In this document: piece by piece, positions 60,965-64,000 of the stretch | Layout of the letters: every line of letters begins with the position of its first letter | How positions within the stretch are numbered: position 1 is the first letter of the stretch | Assembly (NCBI RefSeq): GCF_001194135.2 | Contig: NC_068981.1 | Coordinates: forward strand, 156,033,293 to 156,097,292 | Length of the DNA stretch: 64,000 nt | Reading direction: 5' to 3' | From: Octopus bimaculoides | Lineage: Eukaryota | The notes under the pieces: model-generated | What the model was told of the DNA's origin: nothing | Database searches by the model: none | What the model saw: only the letters and a program-made list of their open reading frames with translations | Translations under genes and position numbers: made by a program

Positions 60965-62230
60965 TTATTACAGGTTTTTTTGGAACTCCTGGAATCTTGC
61001 ATGCGTAGCGGGCTTACTACCTGCAGCTTACGGTGCCATGCTATCCGTTCTTTTCAGCTGTCTAATACTTTCTTGATTATTCTGGCCCTGCCAAAGAGGC
61101 AAACCTTTTGTAACAGTTCTACTGGGCACTATGTTCTAATTTCTTTATATTCCTCTTGATGCCTTCTAATACTGTTCTCAAGGACCCAACAATAATTGGC
61201 ACTATCTTCACCTTTTTTATTTTCCATAGCTGGGCTATTTCGTACTTAAGAGGGTTGCATTTATCTATCTTTTCGCCTTTCATCTCGACTATTCGTGGGT
61301 CAAAGGGGCATGAAACGTCAACTATGAGCATATGTGGTGCACCTTGTCCGCCACCAATAGGTCCGGTCTGTTATGCTCTAGCACCTGATCTGTTTGGATT
61401 GGGAAATCCCAGAGGATTTTGCTAGTCTCCGACTCTGCCACTCTCTGCGGTTTGTGTTCATTCATACCACGTCTTGCTTCTCTCTAGCCCCCACTTTTCT
61501 TAGTTTCCAAAGTAGCACTTTTGCTACCTGGTCGTGTTGCCACAACTTGTAGTGGTTTTGGACAAGTCTAGGACATTCATTCGTGATACGGGCAATAGTT
61601 TCATCCACTCTATTGCCGATGCGGCACAACGGAGACAGTTGCTCGTTCCTAAAGTTGACCCTTCAGTTCGTAGCCAAAGTTTAGTCCTCCGCTGCCAGTA
61701 TAGTGCTCTCGGTCTCTTTTCCTAAGGTTCCTTTCATCAGCCAATCCTACCTATTTTTTCCAGCAACTTCTATTGTGGCTACATGGAATTGATTGTGTAG
61801 TCCCTTCTTGCGTAATTCTTCTTCAAATCCTTTTCGTACTTCTTCCTTTGTTTTCCCTTTTTTTCTCTGCTCTCAATCCTCCTTCGTTCCTGTCACTAGT
61901 AAAGTTTCCTTACTTTAGGCTAGTTATCTCAATGGGCTCTCGAGTTCGATATGCACGCAGTCTTCCACACATATCCGTCTCCTTCCTCCATTGCTCTCTT
62001 CATGTATAGGCGATCAGTATCTGCATTTGGATGATGGGCTCCATGCATCGCTAGGAGCTTTCTTGACTTCCTGTCCATCTCCTTTAGCTTCTCCTCTGTC
62101 CACTTCACCATACCGAATTGCTGCGGCTGCGCGCGAGTTTATTGCCGAAATTATGTTTCTGGCATTCAGCTTTGAAACCAATATTTTTCTCACTCGCCGC
62201 AGGTACTCGCTTTTTGTCTTTTCTTATATA
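60965..62230 (-). mobile_element. R4/Dong-clade LINE 3' part (RT tail, CCHC zinc knuckle, restriction-like endonuclease), degenerate
   Basis: WTEEKLKEMDRKSRKLLAMHGAHHPNADTDRLY; CR..DETI..I..EC..L..HY...HD; LIVDVSCPFD..EKIDK...LWK.KKVKIVPIIVGSL. Confidence 0.88.
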
Positions 62231-62248
62231 GTATTATTATTATTCTAT

Positions 62249-64000
62249 TGTAGTGACGCCTTAAATAGCAGACGACATTTCCGGAAAGCTTATCCACGCA
62301 TGCGCAGGGACTGGTTTCGGAGGGAATACAGGAAGAGTCTCGTGCGCATGCGTGGTCATTCGACATCCAAGCTTCGCGCGGTTTTTCATTCTCTTTCGTG
62401 CCGGCCGGCGAAAGTGCTTGGACGACCAATTGTAGGAAAGTGGTTATACACCATTAGGTGTACTCCGCTTCNNNNNNNNNNNNNNNNNNNNNNNNNNNNN
62501 NNNNNNNNNNNNNNNNNNNNNNNNNNNNNNNNNNNNNNNNNNNNNNNNNNNNNNNNNNNNNNNNNNNNNNNNNNNNNNNNNNNNNNNNNNNNNNNNNNNN
62601 NNNNNNNNNNNNNNNNNNNNNNNNNNNNNNNNNNNNNNNNNNNNNNNNNNNNNNNNNNNNNNNNNNNNNNNNNNNNNNNNNNNNNNNNNNNNNNNNNNNN
62701 NNNNNNNNNNNNNNNNNNNNNNNNNNNNNNNNNNNNNNNNNNNNNNNNNNNNNNNNNNNNNNNNNNNNNNNNNNNNNNNNNNNNNNNNNNNNNNNNNNNN
62801 NNNNNNNNNNNNNNNNNNNNNNNNNNNNNNNNNNNNNNNNNNNNNNNNNNNNNNNNNNNNNNNNNNNNNNNNNNNNNNNNNNNNNNNNNNNNNNNNNNNN
62901 NNNNNNNNNNNNNNNNNNNNNNNNNNNNNNNNNNNNNNNNNNNNNNNNNNNNNNNNNNNNNNNNNNNNNNNNNNNNNNNNNNNNNNNNNNNNNNNNNNNN
63001 NNNNNNNNNNNNNNNNNNNNNNNNNNNNNNNNNNNNNNNNNNNNNNNNNNNNNNNNNNNNNNNNNNNNNNNNNNNNNNNNNNNNNNNNNNNNNNNNNNNN
63101 NNNNNNNNNNNNNNNNNNNNNNNNNNNNNNNNNNNNNNNNNNNNNNNNNNNNNNNNNNNNNNNNNNNNNNNNNNNNNNNNNNNNNNNNNNNNNNNNNNNN
63201 NNNNNNNNNNNNNNNNNNNNNNNNNNNNNNNNNNNNNNNNNNNNNNNNNNNNNNNNNNNNNNNNNNNNNNNNNNNNNNNNNNNNNNNNNNNNNNNNNNNN
63301 NNNNNNNNNNNNNNNNNNNNNNNNNNNNNNNNNNNNNNNNNNNNNNNNNNNNNNNNNNNNNNNNNNNNNNAGTTGAGCGTCGGATGCTGGGACCTGTGTT
63401 ACCTGGTACGGAATATTCTATAAAATTACACAAGGAGATTTAGAATGTTCATACGCAGGAAGTTGCGGTCAAGGAGCAGAGCTGTAGTTGAGCGTCGGAT
63501 GCTGGGACCTGTGTTACCTGGTACTGAATATTCTGGTTGGTTAGTTCTGGTCTGTTGATCGTGAGTGGAAACATCCACTCTAACAGGGTCGAGATAAAAC
63601 CGCGCTTGTTGATGTTGGTTGCTTGTGTACGTGTAGAAGTCATGTTGCTGCTGTTGGCGATGCTGGTAGTACGTAGTGGTTGTTGATGTCGTCGCTGGAA
63701 ACTGGCTGGAGCTGTGTTCTGTATGTGTGTTTGCGATGGTGTATGCATTGGTAAAGATTTTGACAGTGGTGTGTGTGGTGTTTGAAAAACGGGCACGTCG
63801 TACGCGAAAGTTGAGGGTTTGTCAAGGTACGCTTTTTCAGACAGTCGACAGACACAATCTCTGTACGACCATTAGCGTCGACCTTGAAGAAATTCAACCC
63901 AAGACTGCGGGTTGGGCGAGGCGTGTAAGGCAGCCTTAAATTGCCTATGAAAACGCTCAACCATCCCATTAGAAGCGGGATGGTTGAGCGTTTTCATAGG
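62249..64000 (-). mobile_element. Gypsy LTR retrotransposon remnant (integrase core plus probable 3' LTR), interrupted by a gap
   Basis: HPASNGMVERFHRQFKAALHASPNPQSWVEFL at ~63880-63985, then FKVDANGRTEIVSVDCLK. TGTAGTGA at 62249 fits an LTR terminus (weaker evidence). Confidence 0.8.

Noticed and set aside
63640-63969. 'LRLPYTPRP' as a GPY/F module of the integrase
   Set aside because: It is an alternate frame of the integrase core (RQFKAALHASP); only the part from FKVDANG onward is true C-terminal sequence.

Overview
Eukaryotic, AT-rich, repeat-dense genomic DNA with five assembly gaps. The repeat families point to an octopus (inference; no search was run). One protein-coding gene dominates: importin-4 (IPO4) on the minus strand. 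I reconstructed 27 coding exons by hand (ATG at 54677, TGA at 6839-6841, 2988 nt visible). Splice phases are consistent throughout, and one internal block of roughly 90 codons is missing, probably in the gap at 43202-44093. One intron (11522-12977) has a canonical U12 minor-spliceosome donor and branch site. A tRNA-His(GTG) gene lies 337 bp upstream of the ATG on the same strand. Introns and flanks contain RTE/RTEX LINE copies, tRNA-derived SINEs, a fold-back DD41D Tc1/mariner element, piggyBac-, hAT- and Merlin-like MITEs, a Chapaev3-like transposon, an R4/Dong LINE and a Gypsy remnant. The best leads are a minimal Penelope-type hammerhead ribozyme (60800-60845), an unexplained CpG-rich, highly base-paired ~300-nt unit in IPO4 intron 1 (52829-53122), inverted LINE pairs that enclose single IPO4 exons, and two fold-back transposon structures. 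No prokaryotic-type system or CRISPR array is present. TE boundaries without a stated TSD are approximate.
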